Source: Nemertoderma westbladi
Taxonomy: Eukaryota; Animalia; Xenacoelomorpha
Length of the DNA stretch: 45,713 nt
Reading direction: 5' to 3'
Assembly: GCA_032718475.1 (NCBI GenBank)
Contig: JAUCBJ010002673.1
Coordinates: forward strand, 1-45,713
The notes beneath the pieces were generated by a model. That model was not told the DNA's origin and did not search any database. It saw only the letters and a program-made list of their open reading frames with translations. Positions within the stretch are counted from its first letter, which is position 1. The number at the start of each line of letters is the position of its first letter. Both the position numbers and the translations under genes were made by a program. Shown one piece after another: positions 10,561-22,951 of this stretch.

Positions 10561-11190
10561 CAAATTGTATCAATTTAACATCAAATAATAAAATTCACGG
10601 GAATAAATTTAAATTCATATTCAAATGAATTTCATAAATTGTCATTTTGTGCAATTTATAACATTCCCAAAATTCCAGTAATTAATAGATCATGGGAGCG
10701 GAGATTCATATTGAGTGTGCTAGAGCGCGAGAATCTCCAACATATAGTCAATAGCCGATAAAATTTATAAAATCATGCATAAAGGGGATATTGACAATTA
10801 AAGAATTACTATTAAATAACATCCCAGATCTGTATGCATGAGGATTGCCCTAATTCTACCGCTAGTTTTCCATAATGTCACCATGGCAACACCCACGCTA
10901 GAATTAGAAGCAAGTTAAAGGAACAATAAAAAGCTTGCCCCATTGCGTAGCATAAGAGTATACATAGCGCGATATTAGTATCCAAGGATACATAGTAATA
11001 ACGTGACATTCTGGAAGACACTGACTAACGGACAAATGGCATGCGTGTGTGCAGTAAGTAATGATTGTAGGGAATTTGTGCGTTTATAGGTGAATGTTAC
11101 TACTAAAGTGTGTTTACAGTAGCTAATCGCAATTGTAAAATAGCCCTAACTCTACCGAGATAACCTCAAGTGGATTCAAGCCTTTGGGAC

Positions 11191-11293
11191 GGACAGTGGT
11201 GGGACTTGTGCCGGTTATCGTTGTCGTGCTGTTGCTACATGTTGGCGTAAACACTGCGACAACGGTACATCGGCGCTGAGAAACCCACTGTCC
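11191..11293 (+). other. Long GC-rich hairpin upstream of the accessory ORF (E1)
   Basis: GGACAGTGG/CCACTGTCC outer stem and ATCGTTGTCG/CGACAACGGT inner stem; conserved in E2 at 24417-24523. Confidence 0.75.
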
Positions 11294-11374
11294 GGGGGCA
11301 AAGCCTAGTAGGCAGCGACGCCCGCTTGCCTAAATATTAACTCATATTAATATTAATAAACTCAGATAGCAGAT

Positions 11375-12823
11375 ATGACGGAATTGATAGAAGATGACCT
11401 TGGTATTAGAGAGTGATATACTCTACCTTTACAAGCGTTTGTGGATAGCTTGATACGCGGTGAAGCCGATCCGACTATTACGGAGGACGATGGTCGTTAT
11501 ATCGAACCGCCGATGTCCCAAGAGCAACTTACGCGTGAATTGGACTATCGAAAATTAACCGCTCGCTATACGCATCGTAATGGTACGTATATGGACTTCT
11601 TAACTACCGGCCATCCTATCGATTTACATGATACGGACGATGTAGACACCGAAAGGGAAATGGTTCTATTTAAATATCATACCCAGCGGCGTCGTAACGA
11701 TAAACCGAGAATAGATCACGAAAATTCTATTCGTAACAGACTGGGAAGACGAACCAATATGTCTAGAATCTGAGGAGATTCAGCCTATCGCGCTCGGAAC
11801 AGCGACAACGATTACATCCTAGAATGGTATCAAAGTCCACAGTGTCTCACTGCGTACGATTATCGCCATGCCAACTATGTTTCTCGGCAACGTTGTCGGT
11901 TATGCGCATCGAGAGACCATGTTACGCCCATGGACACAAACGTCCGCTGTTCCTATTTCCACGAACAACCGGCGATGGAAATTTATTGCGCGTATTGCAG
12001 ATTTAATAATTTGCACATTTTTGCGGTTTGCCCTCAATTTATGACTCAATGTCACCATTGTCCACTAAAGGGACATGCCAGTTTCGATTGCCCTTTTAAT
12101 CACGATTTGGAAAGCGTAGATGAAATGATCACACTACGTTACATCAGAGCTTGGGAAGCGAACGCTGATTTATATTGTGATTCGCGCCATCGCTATTATC
12201 CCGGACGCGCTTACGAAGGAGTTTATGCGTTACATCCTTATCTATTCGCTTCGGTTGAACAGAAATCACGCATATCAAGTTACGAGCTACTGAAGCGCGT
12301 CGGAGAATGTATTTCAACCAAATTCGTACGCAAATTTCTCAGGAGTGTTAATCCTAGCGACCTTCATTCCTATAACTTAATCAATCATATCCGTCAGGAT
12401 CCGGACTATGGAGAATGGTTTGTTAACTCACACCCTGAGTTACAGGAAGTATATCGACGGCCTTACGAATACCGAGCCCGCGAACGCGAGTTGGAAAGAA
12501 CCATTAAACCAAGGAAGTTTCTAACTGCCTATGGTCCACCCACGGCCCTCGTTCAGACCACTCGTAAAGGACCCGTAAGAGCGGCTGTCTTGAAACGAGC
12601 TCTCAAAGCCGTTAGACCCCTCTCCCCGGACGTTGATGTCAATCAACCCGGTACTTCGACCGGCGGATATACCGATCGCAATCCCATACCTTCTGATGCA
12701 ATCATATTGCACCCTTCACCCAGGAGTTATAGCCCTCCTCGTAAAGTGGCTCGCCCCAAAGAGAAAAGGACTCTTGCTAGCTTTAAAAAACTGCGTAAAC
12801 GCCGTCCGCGCAAGAAAGACTAA
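11375..12823 (+). pseudogene. E1 accessory ORF (~482 codons; CCHC Zn knuckles, basic C-terminal tail) interrupted by two in-frame TGA
   Basis: ATG 11375 and track ORFs 11441 and 11930 share one frame; TGA at 11414 (CGA in E2) and at 11771; CAYCRFNNLHIFAVC, CHHCPLKGHASFDC; KKLRKRRPRKKD. Confidence 0.8.
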
Positions 12824-12893
12824 CTGTTTAGAGTATTTTTATATTTTAGAAACTGTGATTTTGTATATTTTATAGACTTAAATCCCATTTTCT

Positions 12894-12901
12894 GGGAGCG
12901 G
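12894..12901 (+). promoter_or_regulatory. Short polypurine tract of E1 (same sequence in E2 at 26189-26196)
   Basis: GGGAGCGG immediately before the 3' LTR TGT in both elements. Confidence 0.65.
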
Positions 12902-14096
12902 TGTAAAAGCTTTTGTGGGATAACTGATACGTTTGCCTTTGCTGGCCAGTTCCCCCCCAGTCGCTAGAATACTCTCAAAGGGATTTATAACTAAAATAGT
13001 GCAAGCTACCAGCTTATTGGCTGATGTGCTGTACGGAGATATCTGGGCTCAGTTTAATCGGCCAACTAGCTTAGAGAGGTTGCCTTAGCCTTGCTGTTCA
13101 TGTCGGCCAATAGAATTTGCGTAGGCGTTGATTTCGACCTATCCCAGCGCTACTGAACTGAATTTCCTATCTCTATGCTCATCCTCTGTGTTGAACGGGG
13201 CTTCGTGGAATAAGGGTTTTTGGTATACTCGTATAGTGGTAGTAGTCATATGATTTTATATGATTCTGTTGTTATGTTCCCATTTTTCGCCATAACACCG
13301 GCTTTTGGAACAACTCTAGTAAAACTGCTTAGATTATAGAAAGTATAACTGTTACCGGCGGTGTTACCTCACTTAATTTAACTGCACTAATCATATTGTT
13401 TGTACTGCTATTTACCGTCAGTTATTAATTGTATCTATTTGTTGATGGAAATATTGCTCTTTGGAGAATACGGATAAATCACCCAAAATTCCCAATTTTC
13501 TTGATACACTACAGGTTAGAGAGGCGGGCTATATATAACAATTGCGATTTATATCAATGTGGTGTGTATTGAATCTAATGTTATTTAGTAGACACTACCT
13601 GAGTCAATTGCTGTTCTCTTTATGTGTGATCAAATATACTGACGGTCGGCAGAATAGTGTGCATGATTGTGAGTGTGATGTGACTGGTAACAAAGCATTT
13701 CCTAAAGAATGCGACTTATACTTTAATCATAAGCCTTATCGTTGCGTTTAGTATAAGTCCTAGCTCTGTTTAAATAGATAGAGCGCCACGTCCTAAAGGA
13801 ACTGTTAATATTTCCCGAAAGTTAATAATATCTGTCAGAAATTACATATTAGCGATCAATCGAATAATACAGTAGGCTTACACTGCAACCTTACACTGCA
13901 ATAATAAAATCTAAGCATCCGAATTCAGCCTCCCGGGTGTAGATCCATCGGGTGAATGATCGCGCATGGGCTGGCTTCGGCTAATGTTTTGTTTATTAGC
14001 ATAAAATATTGTCGTATGCTAAAGGTGTGTTAATTAACTAAAAGACATATAAATTTTGGCAGGTTAAACTGCTAAAGGTCTTCAAAAGCGCGAACA
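12902..14096 (+). repeat. E1 3' LTR
   Basis: Direct repeat of 2555-3749, followed by TSD CTAGG. Confidence 0.96.
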
Positions 14097-14209
14097 CTAG
14101 GTTTTTAATTTCGTTTGTTAGTGTTAGTGTTAGTGTTAGGTTGTTAGTGTAAGTATAGTCAATCAGTACCGGTAGTACCTCCTTCCTACAGTCCTACTTT
14201 CATGGATGT

Positions 14210-14402
14210 AGAAATAGTTGAAGAAAATTTGATTAATTTTAGTAGTATTATATTTATTTCTTTGCAGTTCATACTATAATTATATTATTCGTGTTTATAC
14301 TTTCTTGTTCTTACTGCCTTTATCTCGCTGAAGATGGTTTATTGATTAAATCGAAACGTTCGAACTATAACTATATGGCTTTTTTCCAGTTTGCGCTTAT
14401 TA
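14210..14402 (+). mobile_element. Penelope-like element remnant (terminal-repeat fragment)
   Basis: Flanked by the 15-bp direct repeat TACTTTCATGGATGT (14195-14209, 14403-14417); contains a PLE-type minimal hammerhead. Confidence 0.65.
14325..14363 (+). ncRNA. Minimal type-I hammerhead ribozyme (PLE-type, palindromic stem III)
   Basis: TCG CTGAAGA T GGTTT attgatt AAATC GAAA CGTT CGA: core CUGANGA/GAAA, stem II GGUUU/AAAUC, stem I UCG/CGA, ACGU palindrome. Confidence 0.75.
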
Positions 14403-15119
14403 TACTTTCATGGATGTGTTGTAATAATTTATAAATATTTGTTTGACATGCAGTATGTAGTAAATACAGGTAGCACTGTCCTACTTGTCAGTATGTATGT
14501 CAGTATTAATATTCATTCAACAGTTTTACCGGTACCGACCCGTATACTTAGTTAATACACAGGTCGAACGCAAAGAGGCTTATAATGAAGACGAGTACTG
14601 CATTGATTATATTCCTATAAACCACCGGCTGGGGTATATTTTCTGTGTCTCATCTAATTTTATATACTCGGTAATTATAATAATTGTTTAACATTCAATA
14701 CAGTACCATAGATACACTAGTTCAGACCGTCATACGTTGTTACTGATATTCGTATGTTGTGGTGATGGCAATGACCAATGAATAGAATACCCTATATTGT
14801 TATAACTGTATAATAAAATTTACCCAGCCTACCATTAATGAAATGACTTTCAATCAACAGATCAACGCCTGAACGATGGTACTGAAATGTGTATCTAATC
14901 TGCTAGTTGTCCTGATATCTAGTCTCTAGTCCCGTAGAGAATTGCTGAATTGGGCCTATAATTATTTAGCCGTCTAATTGTTAATTCTTATTCAAACAAT
15001 TCACTGATTCAAGTTGTTTTGGCCGTTGTCAAACTTTGGTTTAAAGCCAAATTTGGGAAACTAAGGAAACTTATCCTGACAACCGTGTTCTGAATAAATC
15101 TACACAGAGTTTAAATACT

Positions 15120-15245
15120 ATGATATTCCCCCTACAGTATATATTCCTTCTACTGTAGATAATTGCTCTATTGTAGATATTCGTTCTACTGTTGTAGAGA
15201 TCCCTTCTACTGAATACATTCCCTCTACAGTAGATATCCCGCCCG
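15120..15245. repeat. Degenerate ~20-bp minisatellite
   Basis: About six copies of atattcc.ttctactgtag-like units. Confidence 0.6.
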
Positions 15246-15336
15246 CTGTATATTTACATCCAATAGTGAATAATACTGTCTGTCATATAGAACCATTGGC
15301 CAGTACACTATGTTCTACTTCTAACAGGAGGTTTTC

Positions 15337-15508
15337 ACAGCTTCCGAATCCAGTCTCCCGGGTAAATCCAGCGGGTGAATGGTCGCGCATAGGCTGGCTT
15401 CGGCTAATGTAGTGTATCAAATACTCGTCATAGGCTAAAGTCGATTTATAACTTAGAAGACACCTAAATTTGGCAGGTTAAACTGCTAAAGGTCTGAAAG
15501 CGCGAACA
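15337..15508 (+). repeat. E2 5' LTR remnant (3' end only)
   Basis: Matches 27233-27405 with two differences seen. Confidence 0.92.
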
Positions 15509-15751
15509 ATAACAGTTATACACTCTTTATTTGCAGTGTAGGCAATAAATATAGTTGTCTATTGTTCTGGTAAGAACAATAACAGTTATGACTTCTGATT
15601 GCAGTGTAGGCAATAAATATAGTTGTCTATTGTTCTGGTAAGAACAATAACAGTTATAACTTCTGATTGCAGTGTAGGCAATAAATATAGTTGTCTATTG
15701 TTCTGGTAAGAACAATAACAGTTATCTTTCTTTATTGCAGTAGGCAATAAA
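15504..15751 (+). repeat. 68-70-bp tandem repeat (~3.6 units) that amplifies the LTR-end/PBS junction
   Basis: GAACA-ATAACAGTTAT at 15504, 15574, 15642 and 15710. Confidence 0.92.
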
Positions 15752-15980
15752 GTTGAAAACTACCGGTCGACCGGTAACCAGTAGGCCCAACTACCTAACC
15801 ACCCGGACCGGTACTTACAGCAGTACAGGTACTAGTATTATTTCGATTGTGATACATTGTATATTGTAGGCTGTTAGGGGATTAGGGATTGATCACCCCT
15901 TATTCCTTTGTATGGTTTACTTATTTCTGTCAGTTTTATTTATTTGTAGGCTAATATTGAGCAGAAGGCGTGTAAGCCTG

Positions 15981-16578
15981 CTCAGATTGTACAGACAATT
16001 TGTAAGCTGGACTGTTGTCTGACTGTTGTTAGGTCTGAAGAGATTGCAGTGTGTGTAGAGTGTATGTCCGATAAAGTACTAGTTAGGAACGTGGTGGGCA
16101 TCTTGAGTTGTAAGGTAAATCCCCCCCGAAAGAATAAGTCGTACTACTAGGTTAGAACGCATACTAACTAACCATTTCGGAGTCTGCATATACTGTAGTT
16201 TATTTAGGCTTGATAGTAGTCTGCCAGCGTTTGGTTTGTATTTTGTTTGTGTAGGCTGTACGGGTAGCATAATATTTCTTATTCAGATAATTTGTAGGCT
16301 GGATTGTTGTCTGGCTGTTGTTAGGTCTGAAGAGATTGCGGTGTGTGTAGAGTGTATGTCCGATAAAGTACCAGTTAGGAACGTGGGGACATCTTGAGTT
16401 GTAAGGTAAATCCCCCCCGAAAGAATAAGTCGTGCTACTAGGTTAGAACGCATACTAACTAACCATTTCGGAGTCTGCATATACTGTAGTTTGATTAGGC
16501 TTGATAGTGGTCTGCCAGCGTTTGGTCTGTATTTTGTTTGAGAAGTCTGTACGCGTAGCGCAATTTTATTATTCAGAG
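15981..16578 (+). repeat. ~300-bp tandem duplication in the E2 leader
   Basis: tcaga...ttgtt.ggtctgaagagattgc.gtgtgtgtagagtgtatgtccgataaagtac... occurs twice. Confidence 0.9.
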
Positions 16579-17535
16579 TTTATGCGATTATTCGCAACAT
16601 TCATGACCCCAAGTTATTCTTACAGTAATTGTGCTTGTTATACATACCGTTATAGTTAAATTAACCCCGGTACTACATCAGGGCTGCTTGGCGTAGGTAA
16701 AGACTGGAGATTTTGTGCTCTGGTCACTCCGGCAGATACCGTGGTTCTTTTAGCTGTACAAGTATATTTAACTGCTAGTTATTTGTTGTATAAGTACTTG
16801 TACCTAATTTAGGGTTTAGTGTAGAGTGCTTTCCGAAGGTAATTAGTGTGTAGGCAGTATATTTGTGTTGTAAAGTGGTTAATAGGCACGTTGGCTCTGG
16901 TAGGCCACAGTAATTAACTTCTAGGTAGGAACACTCCGTGAAACATAACGTAGTACTTATAGCGATACGGCTATAAGTCGTCAGACGGTGGTATTTTTCC
17001 TATCTGGACAACGCAATATATTTACTACTGCGTATTATTTTCAAATACTGTAGTATCCTGTCCGTTTGTAATAACCAGATATTCTAACCCTTTGTTAGGC
17101 TGGTTTGTAGACTTCTTGTAAAATTACCCTAAAAATTTGTACTTGTAATTTTTGTGTTTACTTAGAGATTGTAATCTCACCCCGCAATTGTACGTAATTT
17201 GTAGTAATAAGTAACTTAGGCAAGTATAAATTATTTGTTTAGTGTCCAACAAGTAGCACTTCACTAAGAGCGCACAGCTTCTGTGTAGTGACTCCTTCCC
17301 AGAAAGAATAACATTTATCTCAAATATTGTAACAAAACCCATTATACGGGTATATATATTATAAATCAACTCAAACTGATTTATAAAATAGTCGGCCTGT
17401 CATCCATCAATTAGGTCTTAATATCAGTTGGACTACTGATTAAATAACGGTAATAAAGTCAAGTAAAGGAACTAAGTAACCCTTAAAAATTCAGAAATTC
17501 AATTATTCTAAAATAATTGACATACCGGTACTTAC

Positions 17536-17923
17536 TACTACTAGGATCGGCATGCTGCATTGCAGCTGCATTTTTAAGAATGCTGTGCTGGCTTGTCAAC
17601 AAAATTGCACCGCCACAACTCCCTATCACCCATGACATTTGCTAGATCATCCGCATCTTTAAGGCCAGTGTCCTTTAAGATGCGTCTCAAGAAAGTCATG
17701 GGCTGTCCACCATGCTTATTCACTCCATGAGGCTGCCAAAGTACAAGATTATGCACTGGCTGGTCCTCACGGCAAAAGCAATGTCCTGCAAAGCGGAAGC
17801 GATTTTGTTCTAGTGTCAAGCTTGGGGGAACCAATGAGACACCTCCAATGTTATATAGTGTCTGGTTGGAGATGTGTGCATTGTACTTGACACAATGTAC
17901 CCGGCGTAGCATTCTTGCTACCG
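17536..17923 (-). mobile_element. 5'-truncated RTE LINE (copy 2) inserted in the E2 leader
   Basis: Reverse complement of the RTE 3' end with a (CTA)n tail; 14-bp TSD ATAC(C/T)GGTACTTAC at 17522-17535 and 17924-17937; empty site in E1 near 5537. Confidence 0.95.
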
Positions 17924-18312
17924 ATACTGGTACTTACAATAGGCTTATTATATTTATTCTATAAATCTAAGCTGAAATTATATAACGGTATTCTGTAATT
18001 AATTCTAGTCTATAATTATACTTATATATATTATAAGTGTAAGCGGTATACTGGTATTCACGATAGGCTTATTATATATCTACTATATATTTGTGCTGAA
18101 ATTATATACCGGTATTCTGTGACAAACCTAGTCTGTAATAATACTTATATATATACTATAAGTGTATACCGGTATTCTAACATATTGTATATATATCACG
18201 TTACACTGAGTAACGATATCGGTAATTAATTACTAGGCTAACAGTTGATACTGAATTATCAGACTTGCTTTAACTGTAATATAGCAGTAGGCATTCAACG
18301 GTACAAATAAAC

Positions 18313-21300
18313 ATGTCTGATACAAAGCAAAACCTGTCAGACAGTCTCTTAGATACAACCATCTGTGACCCAGACAGGAGTGTGGAACGTGTGAGACCGA
18401 AGTTCAACTCACCTCCTACTGTAAGAAAGATCATCCCTCCAGTAGTAGTATCAGACCCTAGGCGAGTCCAACACCGTAGGTCTATCATAGGCACTCGGGC
18501 TCAAGTCAAGCGGGATCAAGAAGCAGCTGTCAAACAGCAGCAACACCCGAGCCGAGAACTTATTTCTCAGCGACCAGATAGCTCCAGATACTGTAGCTCG
18601 GATACTGTAGAGCTGACACCCGAGCACGGAGCAAGGATGGTAGATGCGGTTTATTCGGATCCCCTTCTCCTTCTTCCTGCAGCCGTACTCACTAGGGTAT
18701 TGATTGCGGTGGAGGAACACCAAATTGATTGGGCGAGAGGTAGGCGATCGACCAAGGACAGTTATGCAGGATACACCAAGGAGGAGCTGAAGTCTATTGT
18801 CGAGTCGCAATAGAACTTCCCCGGACCCGGACTCCCGTTTGACTTATCGGAAGCTGCCTGGGAAGACATATACAGGATGGGAGTGACAAAAGACACTAGT
18901 GATCCAGCTGTGTGGAAGAGGTCAGCAGCAGGATATGTACAGGGATTCTTCAGCTCTTTGGAGCGATTAGAAGAACAACTGTTTCGACAACCCCAAGGAC
19001 CTCAAGAGCAGGGAGAGCTGCTTTATCAAGTTAGAGAAAGAATTCTAAGAATCAGACTAATCCTATCGGCCTTTGAGGAGGCTTCGAAAAGAAGACAAGA
19101 CACGTCGTTGCAAGTTGCCGTAAAGACTTGGTTCCAGCAGGTGAGTCTCAAAGTTCAAGGAACAGCCCAGTGGAAATCTCAGCTGGCTGAGCGCTCAGCC
19201 CATGGAGAATCAACAGATGCTACCTTCTCTCAAGTGGAAAGTGAAGCGACAGCAGAGAAACCGCAGACGAGGGACGCTATTGACATCTATCTGTCAGACT
19301 ATCAAAGATTTCTAGGTGATGAAGAGTTGAGGAGACGGCTGGCTGGACTTCGCCCTAATAGTGAAGGAGTCAAGCTTGTGTTGGACGCAATAGATGCGGA
19401 AATGTTAGCTGCAAACCAAGCTAAATTTGATGAACGCCTCCGCATCGCTAGAGTCCAAGAAGAACAAGTGAAGAAAAAACGTATAGAAGACAGAAAGACA
19501 GCAGCAGCGGCAGAGGCAGAAGCGGAAAGAAAAGCGGCGGTGGCAGTGGCCGAAGCGGAAAGAAAAGCGGCAGAAGTGGAAAGAAAAGCGGCAGAGGCAG
19601 TGGCAGAAGCAGAACGGAGAGCGTCTGAAGAGACCACCCCACTAGAGCTGGAAAATCTGCAAGAGACGCAAGAATACCTAGATAAACAGTTAACAGCTAG
19701 TCAAATGCAGATGATAAGTCGATCCACCCCCAAGAGACAGGGCTATACATCATCAGAGGAAGGCGATATAACAGATCCTGAAGGCGGAGCAAATAGATCT
19801 CGTCTCAGCAGGCGTAGAAGAACGCCCCACTGTCAGAAATTGCCTGATTTGCCCCAAGCTGTGAGAAGGCAACTAGCTAGCACAGACTTAGGTAGTACAG
19901 AACCCACAGACCAAATTATTAAAGTAGAAAGACTCCCTACTATAGTAGATGAGCCTGAAATAATTAGGCCTGTTCTCGAAGCCACCCCTTCGGTGATAGA
20001 GACACCTGTACTCCCGGAACCTACCTCTAAATTCCCTTTGCACAGCACTAAACTACCTGTGCCCAACAGAACCGCATCTGAGACAGTTCCTGTCCTGGAC
20101 TCCAAGCGAAATATCAATGATTTGTCGCCCGTTGTCCCTCGTCTACCCGCTACTATGTTGGCGCCTCCCACTTCGGCGGTCGAGTGGGTGGATGAGGGAC
20201 GGCGGGAGATGGGTCTCCTGCTCGGGCAGCTGAGAGAACACCATTTGTGTTCCTCTCAGCAGGTCCGGGAGATGGAAGGGACTGTTCAGTAGTTAAAGGG
20301 AACAGTCAGAGAGGGTAGGTTAGAGTTGCAAGAAGTGCAGCAGAATATCGCGTTAGAACGCGATAAATTGATAAATATACAAAAAGGTATACCACCACCC
20401 CCTGTAACAATGTGTCAACCTGTTAGGTCTGAAGTATTTCATGCGCAAGGTGTGGAGCCTACACGCATCTATACTGCTAGTGAAGTAGAAACTCCTATAG
20501 TAAACCCTATTAAGGGTAATTATACACCTGTTGACAATGATATTCCATATAGACCTGATCATAATCCGAGAAATTTATATACCGATAACTCGATATTAAA
20601 TAACACGATGGCCCAAGAAAGTTTTACGCGGCAAATGGCTAGAACCGAAGCCCATCAAGCGGTAAAGGTGGGAGAGATTGTCAAGTTCAATGGAGATGAG
20701 ATGAAATGGTTACCTTTTAATGAATATTATAAAGATAACATACAGAACTCTGTGCTATCTAACGGAGAAAAACTTAGATTCCTCATCGAATGCTTGGAAG
20801 GATCTCCCAAGTTGATGGCGTTAAAGTTTATTGGACATCCAGATGGATTAAGACAAGTTTGGGATACATTAAACATCAGGTATGGTAATAGGAATAACAT
20901 AGCTAGGTATTTGTATGCAAAATTGGTAGCGCCCCGAAAGTTCATTAGCAGCGGGATTATAGAGTTTTCCGATGAGATTCAGGAGATCTGTAGACAACTA
21001 GATTGGTTAGGTAAGTCTCATGAATATCAGAGTTCCATGGTTATTGGAGCCGTAGCCTCTACTTTGCCCAAGGGTGGAGTAGGTACACGCTGGGACAAGA
21101 AAGTGTTATATATGATGGAACAACAATGACGAGACCCTACCATGGCTGATCTCATGTCATTCTTGGATGGAGAGGTAAAATTACAGCTCCTAAAGCAGTC
21201 CAGAGAGAAGACACCGGAAAATAAGGTAAGTGAGAAGCCCGTTTATAGGAGAAAGGTAATACCAGTGTGTTATACGGACGACGGCGAAAGCCAGGTCTCC

Positions 21301-22951
21301 CAAGAAGAGGACAGCGGGAAAGACACAGCAAGATCTTACTATGACAATAAAACACCAAAGGACGTAAGTAAATTTAAGTCTCGAACCAGTGACAGGAGAG
21401 AACATACAACAAAAACTCCTCCCACATCTCCTAAAAGAATTCATGGAAGAAAGCCCGAGGAAAGAACGAGTGGGCATAACAATTAACCAAGGTAAAGCAA
21501 GTAACATCAAACCAAAATGTGTGTTGTGCGACGGGCCCCATCGCTTAAGTGTGTGTGAGGAGTTTCTAAAGAAATCCCTAAAAGATAGACGCAAAGTCAT
21601 GTGGGATAAGCGATTGTGTTATAATTGTCTCAGACAAGGACACCAACGGCGAACCTGTTACTCCGACGCAAGGTGTGCGAAGTGCGGCGCGAAACATCAT
21701 ATTTTGTTGCACACCGAATTCGAAAGAAACAGCCCGAGTCAGGTAAGTTAGTCTGAACTACATGTCCAATTCAGTGATGTGAACAACACTGACTTCAGTT
21801 CTGAGATGGAATGATTTTACACAGATGAATTCTCCGACGAAAACGAATCCTGTTATCTAGTAAACACCGCAGTGTATCGAGCACTTACGTATGAGACAGA
21901 AACTGAAAGTGAGCTTCCCCTAACTACTCCCGACCGACAACCATCTTGGAAAGCACCAACTTCCAATGTAGGAATCCGAGAATTTCCCGTAGTGCAGGTG
22001 AGAGTCCACGGGCCACAAAAAAGTTATATAGTGAACGCCCTTCTTGACTCCGGCAGCACAGGAACATTCATCGACAAAGAACTAGCCGAAGACATCTTTG
22101 CTGGACAACCTAAGTTCCAAACTAAGTTGAACCTTTCAGGAATTATGCAGGTTTGGAAATCTACAGTAGCTACGGACTACTATGTAGGCGCTTTGTCCAC
22201 CCCCCCGGACGAACTAGGAGAACATAGTATAAGGTCAGTAAAAATGGTGGCTATAAAGAACTTCGCTACCAGCCAAGTGGAACCTTATAACTGGGATGAA
22301 GACGATTTCACCCAACAGTATGACGTACCTAGATTCAACACAGACTACCCTGGGGTACAAATACTCATCGGCCAAAATGCGCATGAAGCGCTGGAGACAT
22401 TAGAGAAACGGCCTACTCAACCGCAACCATTACAAACTTATGCGGGAAGAACTAGAGTAGGTTGGTACATTACTGGTCCCTCCCGTAGGACACTCATAGA
22501 AAGGCTACCAAAGGAGCAAATTTACAAGGTGAGTGAATGGGAAGGAGAAACCAGTGAGGGAGACGACTCATTTGAGGGAATACCATACTCTTCAGATAAT
22601 GACGATATTAACTCCAATGTAGATCAATGGAGACATTGCCTTGGGACGATTAATCCAGCCGACATCGCTTCCAGAGGAGCAACTCCTCAAGAACTGATAG
22701 ATACTCTAGGTTGGTTAGGTGGACCCGACTTCCTAAGTAAAGAAGAAGATGAATGGCCTCCTCATCTTACCACGGCGGAGATTAGACAGGCCAAGGGAGC
22801 GGAGAAAGTAACACAACAACTCAATCGCCCAGCTGGTCATTTATGTTTACTGGAAAGAGACCGAAAACTGTCCGGAAACTATGGAAGGCAAGATACTCTT
22901 CCTACAACCACTTCCCTAATCCGACAAATATCTAGGGACTCCATAACATAA
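18313..22951 (+). pseudogene. gag-pro: E2 Gag-protease pseudogene
   Basis: Homologous to 5889-9755; stops at 18811, 20290, 21127, 21749 and a frameshift near 21480; extra segments ~18340-18654 and ~19275-19750 (AEAERKAA coiled coil). Confidence 0.92.

Larger units (their letters stand above)
2555..14096 (+). mobile_element. Non-autonomous BEL/Pao LTR retrotransposon E1 (LTR - long leader - gag/pro - non-coding - accessory ORF - LTR)
   Basis: Two 1195-bp direct repeats TGT...ACA; 5-bp TSD CTAGG at 2550-2554 and 14097-14101; BEL/Pao Gag and protease motifs. Confidence 0.95.

Noticed and set aside
15337-15508. E2 as a LINE-mobilised processed transcript starting at R
   Set aside because: The 3' end is a complete LTR with no poly(A) or TSD, and the left half of the CRE target is also missing; a later deletion is simpler
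15504-15751. CRISPR-like array
   Set aside because: The whole unit repeats with no unique spacers; eukaryotic TE context; no cas genes
19302-21600. Several minus-strand ORFs over E2 gag, and similar short ORFs over the RT genes
   Set aside because: Shadow frames of the sense coding sequence with no motifs
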